A stretch of 64,000 bases of DNA, taken from the NCBI GenBank assembly GCA_964106645.2, contig OZ067040.1. One strand, written 5' to 3'. Position 1 is the first letter of the stretch; each line of letters starts with the position of its first letter. The translations under genes were made by a program, and so were the position numbers. Origin of the DNA: Podarcis pityusensis (Eukaryota). Positions 11,384-25,193 of the stretch are shown here, piece after piece. The notes beneath the pieces are model-generated. The model was not told the DNA's origin. It saw only the letters and a list, made by a program, of their open reading frames with translations, and ran no database searches.

Positions 11384-13670
11384 TTAACAGCACGAGGTTC
11401 TCTGTGCAAATGCTTCAAGCCCAGAAGCAGCTCCTTGAATTGCCATGTGATGCTGCAAGGGGGAGTTTTGATTTATTATTCCTACTATTGAGGAAAGCAG
11501 TTCTTGGCAACACCACTGAATAGTTTAAACCTAGAAAATATGTAATTTTGAGATCAGTAGTTGTAAGGGTTGCACAATGTTGAGCAAAGCCTCTTCCCTC
11601 CCCAAACACTTCAGGCTTCTCTGACATTATTTTACAAAATCTGCAGGAGATATTATGAACAGTGAGTCATAAGGGATATGGCACACAAATAGCACCAAAA
11701 GTATCTTGAATCCAAGTAATTCTCAGTCTACTCAGAGTATGACTTAGTTGGATACAACTCTTTGTCCTTTTGCTTAACAGACAATTTTGATGAATATGAC
11801 TTACATTCAGCATGCGGTCACACTCCAAAACTGCAATCATTCCAACTGAGTTGACACATCTGATAAGACTTTCAGGGGAGTCTCTCCTTTGACTCCAAGG
11901 ATCTCATAGAGATCATACCTTGTCTTGGAGTGTTCTGAGACACCCCAATTTGACTTGTGGTTTGCATGACACCTCTGTACATTCTTTGGAAAAGATGAAC
12001 TTTTCTTCATATTCTTGTATCAACCAAAGCTGCTGTTGAATAATAAGGGGGAAAGCAGATAAAGAGAGATAATGATTAGGCCTATATAAATTAATTAATC
12101 TTCTCATCAGAACAGACAGCAGACATAATTTTAATGCACCCTTCTCATGCTTTGTGGAAGGAGTACAAATTGTCTCCATTAATTGTCTTCCATTTTATTC
12201 ATGGGCAATGTTCAGCTGTGATGATCATTACATGTTCAGGTGAACCCGCCACGAGGGCTATAAATCAAAGTTATAAATTAGTTAAATGTAAAACATCCAA
12301 TTGAAAGGGTTTTCTAATAAAAAATAATAATCAGCTGCTTGCTGTGAAAAATAGTCAGTGTTACAAAGTCAATCAAAATGTGTTCATATGCCAGTTCAGT
12401 AGGTAATTCATTAGCTTTCATGACCTTAGAAGCCACACAATGCCTAACAGAGGAAACATAATGATACTTACAGAGCAGTACTATGCACGTCAACTCAGAA
12501 GTAGATTTTAGTGAGTTGAATTGGACTTACTTGCTCAAGTGAGTATCATATGTAGAGTCATAGAAATGTAGAATTATAGAGTTGGAAGGGACAATGAGGC
12601 TCCTTTCGTCTAACCTCCTGCAATGCAGGACTCTCAACTAAACATCCCTGACAGATGGCCTCCCAGTTTGGTGTCATCTGCAAATTTGATGAGCAGCCAC
12701 TCAGTTCCTTCATCCATATTGTATATAAAGACATTGACAAATGTAATCTCAAATACAGTATGTGTGGTCTGAGGAGATACATAGATGGGGGCAAACATGC
12801 ACTTACACAAATTTATACAGTACTTTACTCTCCAATGCAAATTCTCAGAGCACCTTACACACACACACACCCCAGCAACCTAACCAACTTATCTAAAAAG
12901 CCTGTGGAAATTGGGAGCAGAGGCATGACAACTGGTTTTTCACCTGGCACTGAACAGACAACAGATTCAGAACCAGGGTTCAGGAAGAGTTCCAAAGCCA
13001 GGGGCTGGATCTAGACACATCAAAAAAGTGTGTTAGGAAAATGTGTTGTAAACCTCAAAGTGGGAAATCACACTGGCGAAAGACGGAACTCCACAGCACC
13101 GTCTGGTGTCACAGTGTTATAACACATATAAAACACTTTTTCTTTACCGATGTAGCTGAGTCCAGGGTGTCAACACAGATAACGCCATATCTTCAGTCAC
13201 CACCCAGCTCACCTTTGGTGATAGTAGGATCTGGAGAAGGTCTTTCCTTAGACCTTTATCCATTCTTCCTGTGAAAGTAACCGACACAAACAAGGATTTC
13301 AAGAGACACAAGTAAAAATGGTAAAGCTCTATTTTGCTTACATGTAGTGTAGGACAACATATCCTGCCTTAACAGGCCTTCTTATGTAGAAGGGGCCTTC
13401 TTAGGGATGTAAGCTCTTCATAAACTTTCTCACTCATTCCCCTATGTTTGCTACTGATGCCGCACAATCAGTTTGCTGCTTCACAGACAGAAAGAAACAT
13501 TTTGAACTGTATTCAGGCTGTGCAGGATTAGGATTAATACATGTTGTAGCGGCTGACCCATCTCTGTAGGTCATGGAGTTCTTTTGTACCTGTTCTTTCT
13601 TGAGCAGTTGCCAGAATGGCAGCAAAGACACAACGCTTCCACATCTGTTTCAGAGCAGGCAGCATGGGAG
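11384..13670 (-). other. Candidate spliced coding unit (exons 13590-13670, 13213-13268, 12885-13010, 11919-12032, 11384-11515); product unknown
   Basis: Pyrimidine-rich YAG acceptors and GT donors (including AAG|GTGAGC and AAG|GTATGA); phases 1,0,0,0 give an open 167-aa frame from MLPALKQMWKRC. No expression evidence is available. Confidence 0.35.
12557..12740 (-). mobile_element. Internally deleted CR1 fragment
   Basis: CR1 3' tail (TCATAGAA...GAGTTGGAAGGGAC) joined directly to the RT segment [12 protein letters not shown]. Confidence 0.85.
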
Positions 13671-14239
13671 CTACAGAGAGATCTGAGCCAAAATCACAGC
13701 CCATGCACTCGGTGGAAAGACTGATTTCCCCATTGTTCAGGTGGATTTTTCAAAATAAAAAAAATTAAAAGCAAAAGCCTTTTAAAATCTCTATTTATAC
13801 ATGATAAAAATAAGAATGGCAGGAGCCCAGAACAAAAAATGTTATTGGAACATCAGCTAACTCCAGTGGCACATTATATTTTTTTTTGCTAGACAATGCA
13901 ACAGGCTGTGATTAGTAATCTTAGCATGCATGGAGCAGCTCTTATTTATAATAGTGGCATAATAATTTCCTTCACAGCTGGCAAAGCACTGGATATTTGT
14001 TTCTCTGAGATAAAGTGTAGCCTTCTGACAGAAACCTTAGTTGTTCGTAATGATACATCCCCTAAGTTTCAGTTGCCTTTCAGCTATGCAGGTAGTTTCA
14101 GTTAAATGATGAATTCTATTACATGCCAGGAGAGCAAATAGCAGAAAAGCTAATTTACAGCTTCTCTTCTTTAATAGCTGAGTACTGGAAATTGTGGCAC
14201 ATGGCCATGAAAATTAAATAGCTCTTGGGTGGGATCCAG

Positions 14240-14432
14240 ACTTCACTTAGAGTAGACCCATTGAAATGAATGGGATGCAGGTTAGGCAGGACTAAGTGAA
14301 TTCCCATTTATTTCAATAGAGCTACACTAAGCATGACTAAAAGCTGCAGTCCCAACCATGTCTACTCAGAAGTTGGTCCCACTGACTTCAGTGGTGCTTA
14401 TTCACAGATAGGAGGTGTTAGGATTGCAGGCT
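14240..14432. mobile_element. Two adjacent old palindromic MITE-like repeats
   Basis: Hairpin AGAGTAGACCCATTGAAATGAATGGG...CCCATTTATTTCAATAGAGCTAC, then GCTGCAGTCC...GGATTGCAG; related copies near 12480, 22160, 30343, 42000 and 55840. Confidence 0.6.
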
Positions 14433-15336
14433 AAGTTTGTAACTAGTCCACTAACTTTTATATTATGAGCTGGATTCTATTGTCATTGTGAAACAATTCC
14501 TCAATTCTGGCCTGAAGTCACACTGAATCAATGGGGAGGGGGGAGTCTCAAACATGTTTCTTCGTACTCAGCACATGCAAAATCTAAATTTTGTACTTAA
14601 AACTCAAAAATTCCGCACTTGGAATAAATTATGCAAATCAGTGCAATTTATGCCAGTTTTACTTATTTTCCCCACAGTGTGCTTTGTTTAAATGATGTTT
14701 GAATAACCGCATAGCCATTTTTCATGTTTAGCTTTGGAAATCAGCAGTGGAATGAGAAAATGAGAACTAAAAGCAGGACACAGGCATATGCCGAAATTCC
14801 ACCAAAATGCCAAAAACCTGCAACACCTTCTGGTGTCGATCCCAGAATCCCTGCTTTCTTTTTCTTTGCTCTTATTGTTCAGGAGGTATGCTTGAAAATG
14901 TATGAGATGAACGAATGCAGAAATCTTTGAGGCAGCAAGGGTTTCTGAACAAGATTACCAGTAGGCTAGGCTTTAATGAGATGTATACTTCCTTGGCTCT
15001 GCCCATGTCATAATGTCATGCATGTTGTTTTCTTTTATTTCACTGAAATGACTCTAATATTCTCCTTTGCTGCCTCTTGTAGCTTGAACTCCTGTGTGAG
15101 AGCACTGCTCTAACCTCCATTGAGACCTCCCTCAAAACATTTCCATGAAGCCTTTTAAACAACCCCCTTGTGCCCATTCCTTGCCAAACTAACAACCTAT
15201 CCTTCCCGTGTTGACCTCTCCCTCCATTTTCCTCACCTTCCTCTGGTTTACTTGTGATTATTTGGAACTGTATAAGCCTCTTGGAGCAGGGACTTGACAA
15301 ACCTGTACTTTATAATGGATTATATGCATAACTGGG

Positions 15337-15360
15337 ATTATTATTATTATTATTATTATA
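15337..15360. repeat. (TTA)n microsatellite
   Basis: Read directly from the sequence. Confidence 0.9.
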
Positions 15361-16331
15361 TGTAGAATAAGAAATATGACATTTTGCTTGCTTTGCATAT
15401 TTTATAGAGGTTTTGGCTAAAATTTCCAGGGTTTTTAGTGGAGAGAACACACAGATGTATGACTAAATGAGGACTATATAAAGTAGGGAAATATAATTGG
15501 GCAGACTCAGAAGAGGAACATGTACCTTCGATGGGTGGAAACGTCCTTTTTTATCTAGCTTCTTTGATGCCATCTGTCTCCTGAGCAATGCCGCTTTTCT
15601 TTCTAGACACACGTACCATGCTATGGAGTTCCTGCTAAGTTAAAGTTCAGAGCTAGTAGATTATTTCTGCCATTGTAATATATGGTACATCCTGTCAAGA
15701 TGACTTGAAGCAAGAGGCTTTTGAGGTTCTGCCTTGCTCAATGTTCTGCATCGTGGTCTGTTCCCTGCACCCACCCCCCTCCTCGCAAAGCAAACAAATG
15801 CTATTGTAACCTTTGCGACCAGAAATGAGTTGCAAGATAGCTCCACCTTGTCACACTCTTCCAACTTAATATTATTGATGGGGATTTAAAGAAAGAAAAT
15901 TAATTACAGGCTTGAGTTGTTTCCCATCCTATGCAGCCATCGCTTTCTGCTTCAGTGCCTGCTGTCACTTGTCCCTCAAGAAATACTAGCTTCAAAGACC
16001 GGAAGATAAATAAATAAGTGAAAGGTGCAGCACAGGGAACTCTTCAGAAATAAAACCCTGACAGGAAGTCATGGCCAGTGGAGAAAGAATCTATTCGGTT
16101 TTGCAAAGCCCTTGTATATATGAATAAACTTCAGAGTGCACACGTCAAAGAATTATTCAGGGAGTGTTCCACTTCGTGTGCTGAGAAGGGGACTGTGTAT
16201 AAGTTGGTTGACTAAAGTCCACTATGAATTTTCTCTTCTTCGGTATCAAGTTAAAGCAACTGTTAAATGCTGAGGTTACGAAATAAAGCCTGGGCAACAC
16301 TGTCAAGCTACAGCAACAGATTACTCTAAAG

Positions 16332-16472
16332 CAGGTGTGAGGAATGTTTGGTTCTCCTGATATCATTGAACTACAACTCCCATCAGCCCCAGCAAACATG
16401 GCCAATAGCCAGTGATGATGGGAGTTGTAGTTGAGAAACATCCAGAGGGCCAAAGGGTGCTCCTCACACCTG
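16332..16472. mobile_element. hAT (Charlie/MER3-like) MITE
   Basis: Perfect 12-bp TIR CAGGTGTGAGGA; 8-bp TSD CTCTAAAG/CTCTAGAG; internal hairpin ACTACAACTCCCATCA...TGATGGGAGTTGTAGT. Decayed relatives near 34140, 40195, 40785, 42693, 44750, 55345 and 55910. Confidence 0.9.
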
Positions 16473-17282
16473 CTCTAGAGTAATCTGTAGCTTGGCAGCC
16501 AAAGGTTCCCTACGCTTGCTCTAGTGCGTGTGGTCATCCTCTTTCCCAACTCTGCAAGTTTCTTCTCTCTACCATGCTTCCACTATCACTTCCATGCTCT
16601 ATTACTTTCTTCAACTTCTTTATCTGCCATTTAATTGGTTACTGGTGGTAGGGAGTCTTCATCCTTGGTGTGTACCTGTCACTATGACTTAAGTCATAAA
16701 TCTACTCAGCCTAAGAAATGTTGTGAGGACCATCGATAGCATGCGATACATTTTGCACATCTCACTTGCTTCTGCAGAGAAACAACAGAAATGTTTTGTT
16801 TTTTTTAGAGGTTCAGTAATACCATCTCTGAATGAGCATCAGATAAGAGAAATTACTTAAAGGTGAGCCATACGGCTGCCCAGCTCTGCCTCTGCAGAGC
16901 TGCATATCAGTAAGCTAAGCATGTTGCAGGAGCCTTATTTATCATGTCATACCGCAAGGTAGCAGCTAAAAAGCAAAGCCTTGATGAATCGGCAATAGAG
17001 TCCTTCATCAATGTGATGCTCCTGTTGCTTCATTTGTGTGCAAAACCACAGGCTGCTACTCAGGGCTGCAATTTATACTATATAATTTTACTGATCTCTC
17101 TCTCTCTCTCTCGATGGTTCAATATTTGGAATCAACTTAATTCTCTCAGCACATATTTTGCTTTCAGATATTCCAGCTACACTTCAATTGAATGTGTGCC
17201 AAAGGCTGAACCAAAAGCCCTGTGTTTTCTTCCATGGTGTGAGTGGGGCTGTGCCTGTGTGTGCACTGTGAAAATCTGCAAG

Positions 17283-17583
17283 AAAGTGCTTCTTCACACA
17301 GCACATTATTAAATTATGAAACTTGCTTCCATAGCAGGCAGTGACGGCCACCAACCTAGATGGCTTTAAAAGAGGACTAGACAAATTCATGGATAAGAAG
17401 GCTATCAAGAGCTGTTAGCCATGATGGCTATGCTTTGCCACCAGCAACGCTTCTGAATACCAGTTGATGGAAACCACAGGAGGGGAGATGTTCTTGTGCT
17501 CAGGTCCTGTTGGCCACTGCGAGAACAGGATCCTGGACTCGATGGGCTATTGGCCTGATCCAGCAGCTCTTCTTATGTTCTTA
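17283..17583 (+). mobile_element. CR1 LINE 3' end (older lineage)
   Basis: ORF2 end (LDGFKRGLDKFMDKKAIKSC*), 3' UTR GGACTCGATGGG...GATCCAGC and a TTCTTATGTTCTTA tail. Confidence 0.85.
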
Positions 17584-19773
17584 CAAGGACAACCCCTTCA
17601 TACAACTGGGTGCATGGAAGCTTCTGAGTAATCTGGAACTGTGACCGCACAGGTTTCCATATTGCATGGAAGCCTTGGTGTGTAAAACTATACACCGGAA
17701 GGCTTTGTCCCTATAGATGCTCACACTGTAGCTATGGACACTACTGTAGACAGCTGCCATTCTGTGCAACCCAACTCACATGCTGGGAGTGTTCCTGAGT
17801 AAATAATCTCAATAAGACCATTGTATACCAGAAAAGAAAAGCTCAGCTGCAAAACCCAACCCAGATATTGAATTCTTGTGATTTCCTAATACTATGCTGG
17901 CAGAGAGAGACGTCACACTTAATTTCCAGATCTATTTAGGATGTAGGATCATGTACACTAGCTGCAAAATGCATCCAGGTATTTTATTAGGACAATCCTT
18001 GAAGTGCCAAATAAACAGATCAACAATCAACACTCCTGTGTTTGAAAATATTTCCTTTTGTTGCTGTGGGTTGTCGTCTTTGCTTGAATAATCTGATGTT
18101 CTTTGCGGGCCTCTTCTACATTACACCTTCTCAATGGTACTATAGGCTGGATTGTGTAAATCAGTCCATGCGGTTTGTGGGTGGTCCTGCTTCACAGCAA
18201 ATGGTTGACTGAGATGGTACTTTTTCTTCATTCAAGTCCTATCCTAAGATGTTGGTGCTGTTCCAATGTTTTCAATTGGAATAAGCCAGTGTTTTGTGAG
18301 CAACCCCCACACTTTTGCTTCAGGGAGAGAAATTTAATTAATAGGATATATTCCAACTACTGCAATTCCAACTACTCTGACATAATAATTGGTTGGTATA
18401 TTACCTTGCATGTGAGCCCTACCTGTAGAGCTGTGTGCAAATAGCCTCACAAAATTCTCCACCCTTATTGCAGACAGAGAAATCATGGAGCGGAGGGAGG
18501 GAACAGAATTTCAGCAATTTTCTCAGTGGGAGGAGAAATTCTCTAATACTTTTTTTTGGTGGCTCGGATCACCATAAGCAGTGGCAAGAGCATCTTTCTT
18601 TTTTAAAGGGTTTCTTTTGTTGTGCTTCTTTTTATTACCGCTGCTGCACAGGGTTACAACAACAAGGGAGTTGGCAGCTGTGCCACTCTTTTGCCTTTGC
18701 TGCAACGCCCCAGTCCCTTGTGCCATCCTAGGGTGCTGTGTGGAAAAGGGGGAAACGGCAGCCACCACCAACATGGTGGATAATTTTAGAAAGCGGCCTT
18801 CTTTTTCTAAGGAGGTGGGAAAATAGAGAAGTGTCCTAAAATTTTGTCAGAAAAGGTTGTCTTCAGAGAATTTTTTTGCTCTGCTCTATCTACACAGCTA
18901 TAAATAATCAAACCATGATCCTGTTTATGATGTTGGTTTTGTAACATCTTCCTAGGCTGACTTCTTTTTATGTATTATATCATCTGTCTTCAGTTTGCTG
19001 CAGGCAATTTGATTTGATGGGAGTTCAAAAAGCTGCAACAGCAGTGTTGTCGAGACCCAAACCCTTTGCAGAGTATATATATTGAAAAATAAATGACACT
19101 TCCTCCTGGTGATTGTGTATGTGTGAAGTGAAATCTGTTATTTGCATAGGAGAAAGATCACACTTAAAAACAACATCAGAGTTCCAAGGGAGCTACTGTG
19201 GAAACATTGCTGCTCTGATCAACACAAGCAAAGGGGTAATGAAACACACTCATGGGATTGGGTCCTACTTGCAGCAAAAGATGATTCATGTCCACCCCTC
19301 CCCCCAATCACTTAATGTGCACATTTATTGAGTCATCAGAATCCATTTAGCACTCTTCTAGCCGGAACAAATCCCTCCAGTTTTGGGAGATGGGTACATG
19401 ATACAGACAGTCCATAATGAAAGTGTTAACAAGCACCAAACAGGGACAATGGGCTGAGGACAGCATCCTTTCACTGATCATTCCTATCAAGGCTGACAGC
19501 ATCAAATGGTGGGCATAAACTCTCATCATTCTGCATTTGATGACTCATCGCTGAATAACTAAGCTATCTTCATGAAAAACACTGTGTTGGAAGTGATACG
19601 TAACTATGATGTTTGGAATGTAGTACTGTAGGAATCTCTTGAAGACTTTTTAATAATGATATGCCTGTGCAACTGCTTAACATTTTCTTGTGTAGCCAGC
19701 TATTTTAGTGATTGTTTTGTACTGCTTTTAATGATTTTTCTTTTAAAAAAATGTTTTTATATTGCTGTACACC

Positions 19774-20108
19774 GTCTAACGGAATATACTGAAATGGCAA
19801 AATTGACAATGAAACAAAGAGGAAGAAACAACAACGAATTTAAGGAAGAATGGAAGATGTTTATTGCATATATACAGAAGCATTGTACTCAAGTTAATAC
19901 ATTAGCAGGGTTTTAAAATTACTTGTAATTTTGTTATGAATGGATTATAGGTAATACAAATGGGTTTAAACTTAGCAATGGACATGTGGTACATTGATAA
20001 ATAATGGAACCAAGGAAGGGACTAGAGGGAAGTCAATCTGTGTGGGGTTTTTTTGTATTTTTGTATTTATTTTTGTTATTTTTGGAAAATTAATAAAATA
20101 TTATTAAA
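19774..20108 (+). mobile_element. 5'-truncated L1-clade LINE
   Basis: TEYTEMAKLTMKQRGRNNNEFKEEWKMFIAYIQKHC (ORF2 C-terminus), T-rich UTR, AATAAA; 16-bp TSD TATATTGCTG(T/G)ACACC at 19758-19773 / 20109-20124. Confidence 0.9.
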
Positions 20109-20153
20109 TATATTGCTGGACACCACCCTGATATTTTATGGCAGGGTGGAAAA

Positions 20154-20162
20154 AAGTAAGTT

Positions 20163-20193
<31 letters not shown>
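20154..20193. repeat. (AAGT)n microsatellite
   Basis: Read directly; probably the tail of an older LINE end interrupted by the L1. Confidence 0.9.
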
Positions 20194-20196
<3 letters not shown>

Positions 20197-21455
20197 TAGT
20201 AATTTCAAGGAAGTCCTTTGAAGCCATTCTCTTAACATGGATGCCTGTTCAAACTTAACAGATTCCTAATCCTCCCTCCCTTTATGTTGCCATGAGACTG
20301 TTACATTATTTTGTAATATGACATGGATGATGCTTTAAATATTGTACAGCACCATGGAAAAAACTATAATGAGGTGTGACATTTTTACTATCATTCCAAA
20401 GGCTTGTGTTCACTTTGTATTGATAATTTTTTAAAAATGCTTTGGGTTGTATGTGTGTGTGTTTGTTTGTTTTTTAAAAAAAAGAAAGGCAGGTTTACAT
20501 TATATAAAAGTAAAGTGGTCTCCATTGGAGTATTAGGAAGCCTATAATTTTATGTTCACGTCTTCTGCCTAAAACATTTATGGTGTCATAAGAACTACTT
20601 AATGAATGTACTGCCTTGTAATACTCCACGGGGTATACTTTATTCTCTATTACAGCTTTTGTGTCTGCAGATATTTCTAAAAGATCAGTGCTAAGAAAGC
20701 AGAACTGTTACTGATCATGCATGTTTATTAGGAGGTGTCGGTCATGGAGAATGCCAGTGCCTTCAAAGCCTCAAAACTATGTAGATCTTTTTTTACAGGT
20801 AATTACGCACAGATAAGAACTGATGGCTGCGGGGATTTTCTACATTTTGCATATTACACTTGATAATAATATATTGGTATGCTCTGAGGCAGTGTTTCAC
20901 CTGATTCTGTAATCTGTCTTTATGTGTTAGGCTGCTCAGTGTTATGTCCTTGCATTTCCCTTAATCCTGTGTTGGACAAATCCATGTTGATTGCTTCTTT
21001 TCATACTGTGAGCACAGAATTTGTACATGATTTGTATAAATAATGGCAATGATTAATGATTATTTAAGAAGAGCTGAACAGGACACAGGACTGAACTTCT
21101 CAATGATGTGCCTGTTGCATTTATTTTCCAAATTTCCTCCACCATTTGAGGTGGTTGTTAGGGATGTGCAAAGCCCATCGACACCAATCTGGCCCCGATC
21201 TGTACACCCCCCCCCGGATTAGGCTGATCTGTCCCTTGCTGCTCTGGGAACCTGCTTTTCTTCCCCATTCTCCTTTCTTCTGGAAAGTACCAGGTTATAC
21301 TGCATTTAAGTATAGTGAACAAGACACCATATTAAATGCAGTGAATCTATAGTAAAATGTAGGCTCTAAGCAGGAAGGCAGCAGAGGATGATTATAGTGT
21401 AGATAAGGGGAGAGGGAGAGTCAGCGCAGACTCTGAAGTTAGGGGGAGATTAGAG

Positions 21456-21589
21456 TAAGGTTACCAGATTTTTTTTCAATGAATCCAGGGGCACTTACCA
21501 ACTTCCTACTAAATAGATGGATTTTGTCAGGGGACTGATTTGTAAATCCGGGGACTGTCCCCGGGAAATGGGAACGTCTGGTAACCATA
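21456..21589. mobile_element. hAT MITE
   Basis: TIR TAAGGTTACCAGA / TCTGGTAACCATA; perfect 8-bp TSD GATTAGAG. Confidence 0.9.
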
Positions 21590-21951
21590 GATTAGAGGCT
21601 TCTGTGGAGAGCTGTCTGCTGTTGGTGGATTGTTTATGGTGCAGCTGCCCCATGCCACAATGAACAAACAAATTAGGATAGAATTGGTCAGAAATTTATC
21701 ATGTTCTTTGGATGGATGGTAAGAACATCCATTTTACCTGCTGCAATTTATCAAATATGCCTGCACAGAATACTTGAAAATGTCAAATGTGTCAGTGTAA
21801 TCTTTACAATCACTTCTTGAGATTCAAGATGTTGACACAGGAACACAGAGATAGTAATTTGATCTCTTCAGTTTTTGAAGCACCACACCAGGAAAATAAC
21901 CTCTTCTGTGTGCTTATATTCTTTGACAAAGGACCATTCATGAATGATCTC

Positions 21952-21953
<2 letters not shown>

Positions 21954-21986
<33 letters not shown>
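21954..21986. repeat. (TA)n microsatellite
   Basis: Read directly from the sequence. Confidence 0.95.
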
Positions 21987-21989
<3 letters not shown>

Positions 21990-24900
21990 CTTTATGTTTA
22001 AGATTTGACATATTCATAACTTTCTTCACACGACGCTTTTCTTTCTTAATGAAAAAAGTTGTTCTTTGTAATAACAATGGGCTATTTGTTGAAAGCCCAC
22101 TTTCTTTTCTTACATATAGAATTCTGTTTTGAAAGTTAAAAATACCGGGTGATTTTCAATCTTACTCAGAGTAGACTCACTGAAATCAATGGACTCACAT
22201 TATTTAAGTGTATTGATTCCAATGAGCCTATTCTGAGAAAGACGAATGTTGACGGTTACCCACAGACAACAAAGAGGATGAACATACATTACATTACAAC
22301 TAATTAAGGGGGAAATTAATCTCACTTATTATAGTCCATAGTGCAGGGATCACCAACTTCTTTGTAACTTTGTGTGCTTATAGAACCTAATGTAAACCTG
22401 AAGTGAAGTGCAATGCTGAGTTGACAGGAGTGTCAGCCTATGGCACAGAGGCAGAAGGTCTTGAACACCCAGCATTTTCCAAGCAAGCACCAGTAACAGA
22501 GCTAGCAAAGAGCACAGAACAGACAATAAGGTGATACATTACTTCAGCTTCTCTTCCTCAAACCACCATGACTGAAGAGTCCTGGTAAAATCATTAGAAT
22601 CTAGACATGTCAGTCACTCTCCTTTCACCCTCTACCCACCCTGACATTTTCCCTATATTGCAGGGTTGGGGAGAAATGTTTCAAATTTTGCAGATATGCT
22701 GTCCACAGCATTTTGTTTGTTTGTTTTTTTTTAAATCCAAATTTCTAAAGAATGCTGGAGAGATCCAGCTTTGGCTCATACAGGCCTTGAATCTGCCAAA
22801 AACGAAAACAAAAAAACCAAACAAACACCCAATTTGTCAATTTTGACTAAGTTCCAATGAAATAATGGGATTGATTGCCAGCTAACATCATCTTATTGGT
22901 CAACATTAACCTAAAAAATAAACAGAACAACATTATAGTGGGAAAGTACAGCAAGGAAGAAGAAAAGAGAGAGAGAGAAATTCTAGTCAACTGTTTTTAA
23001 AATGGAGGTGTTAAAACTATTATCTCAATGTGGATGTGGAAAATGGCAATTTGTTTACCTTTGGGGTTACAAAGAAGACATCTGTTTTTCATAAGATTGG
23101 TAATTATGTAATTATAACTTATTAGCACCCACATGCACAGGGTGTTTTGTTCTACTCAGTGAACTGACTAATACAATATTTACTGACAAGTACAATGTTT
23201 ATTGCCATGAACTTCACTATGTAAATTGCCATGTCAAACAATATTTTGAGTGCTTGACTCAGAAAAAGAGAGATAATTTGGAAAAATAAAATACAAGTAG
23301 GCTGGAGTTTGTTCTGTGGGAAGATGCAGATGACCATTTATCCCATGCTAAATGCTTGGAAACTCACTTGGAGAAACATACAAAGACATGGGAAGCCAGT
23401 CATCGGAGTGACCAGCTATGAGAAGATTTACACTGTTTTGTACAAACAATTGGAAAGGTTGGGTAACGATGACAAGGGGATGAGGCAGAATTTGCCAGCA
23501 GTGAAGCAGTGGGGCTGAGGATTCAGCCTCCTGGCAATGGCAACACTGCCACTTATTGGGATGTGGCAGAGGCAGGGCAGTGGCATGGTCAGGGTGTACC
23601 AGTAAAGCCAATCAAATACACCTGCTGGTGCCTGTGCCACCCCAACCTCACCACCCCTCTGCTCCCATACTGTCATCCCTCCTGCCAACATCACTTCATA
23701 CTACAGACACCCGCAAGTAAGAGGTGCATATTAACTTGATGACTTTTTACATGAAAGAATCATGAAGGGAGGATATCTGACTTCTGGGACTAAAAATGGC
23801 AGACAGTGTCATTGTTTATTGTTATGGGCTTCTTACTGGTTACAAGACTAGCCAAGAAAATTCTCCTTAAATCCGAAGAACAAGACTGGAGTCAGGGGAA
23901 AGGATTAGTCAATCTATGGAAATTGGTTCCACATCTCTTCCTTTCATTTTCAGTGTGAGGAACTGAATCAACAAGAATTTGTCCTATCGTCATTTCATTT
24001 TTAGCAACGAAAGCACACACCTCCCGACTGTCATATTTGTCAGTTCTCATTATGCAGTGCAGAGGCTGCAGGTCAGAGGCCTGTGGCAGGTGCCTCAAAC
24101 CACCACTGATCAACTAATGGGAACAACTAATGGAATTGGAGGCATGACCTGTATGTTATTTTTCAGGCTGCCAGCTCCTAGCAAAACAATGACTTTTGCA
24201 AACCTGTTTCAATATGCAACATCCCACTTGCGGATTGTTCAAGATATTCATTGTATTTGCTGAATACAGCAGAGTAAATGGGCTGTCAGCGCCCCCTTGC
24301 ACCATTTTGGAACCTATCATGAAGGCTGCAGCTGATCCTGAAGGTTAACTGAAGTTCCCATATTTAGTTCACTGTAGTACATAGACAGATGGATTTACAG
24401 TAGGTGTGTGTGTTTGTGTGCATCAATATCTATCCCTACATCTTATTGAACATTAGACAATATCAGTTCACTCTCACTGAACCAGAGTACTGAATATTTT
24501 GGGATGTCTGATTTCTATTTAATATAGAAATTAACTGTCACCACTGCTCTGTTCAATGCCTGATTTTAGGAGAAAGGAAGAATAGTATCATTTCATGGCC
24601 CTATTTTGAAATCTCTTGATTTTAATGAAGCTTACTCTGATATATGGTATGAGAATTTAACCTTAGGCTTAAAATCAGAATCACATTTGGATCAAGGAGA
24701 AGGGTTAGTCTATCCATGAAAGTTAAAAATAACATAATTATGATTCAGGGTGATTGATATGTTATATGTGAATGGGTGTAATAAAACCAAGATGGCTACT
24801 TATTCTAGGGGAAAGCAGGTTTGGGGGTGGGATTTAAACCACATAAGAAGTAGGTAAAAAAGTATGCTTAGAGCTTTTTGCACCCATTGCTTTTCTCCCT

Positions 24901-25193
24901 ATCAACTTCCCATCCCAGTGTGAAGGTGTCTACTTACCTTCACAAACATGTACCTGGAACCTGCCCCCTCTGAATGAGTTATAATTCCTAAATTCTTAGC
25001 TTTCATTTTTGTTAAGGGTTGAACATGAGATACAAGGCAAAATCTAGAAACTATCATTTTGTACATGAAAAACTCCCCCTCCTCCAAAAATTCACATGAA
25101 CAAGGGTTAAGCAGACACACCTCACACTGCTTTTCTGATTCAAATAATGTTCTCTTGGAGGTGCTTTTCTGTAAAAGAAACAACTGTTGAGGT

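Noticed and set aside
11384-13670. Assigning a gene name (EFCAB5, IL34, FLT3LG, ADCY10) to the candidate exons
   Set aside because: Each resemblance is short, recalled from memory and mutually incompatible; a search is needed.
18430-18830. Possible regulatory or first-exon region (also 30500-31025)
   Set aside because: Repeat-free and slightly GC-richer, but nothing diagnostic without conservation data.
23280-24270. Coding-like non-repetitive stretch (LWEDADDHLSHAKCLETHLEKH...)
   Set aside because: Interrupted by stops, no recognisable domain and no consistent exon chain.
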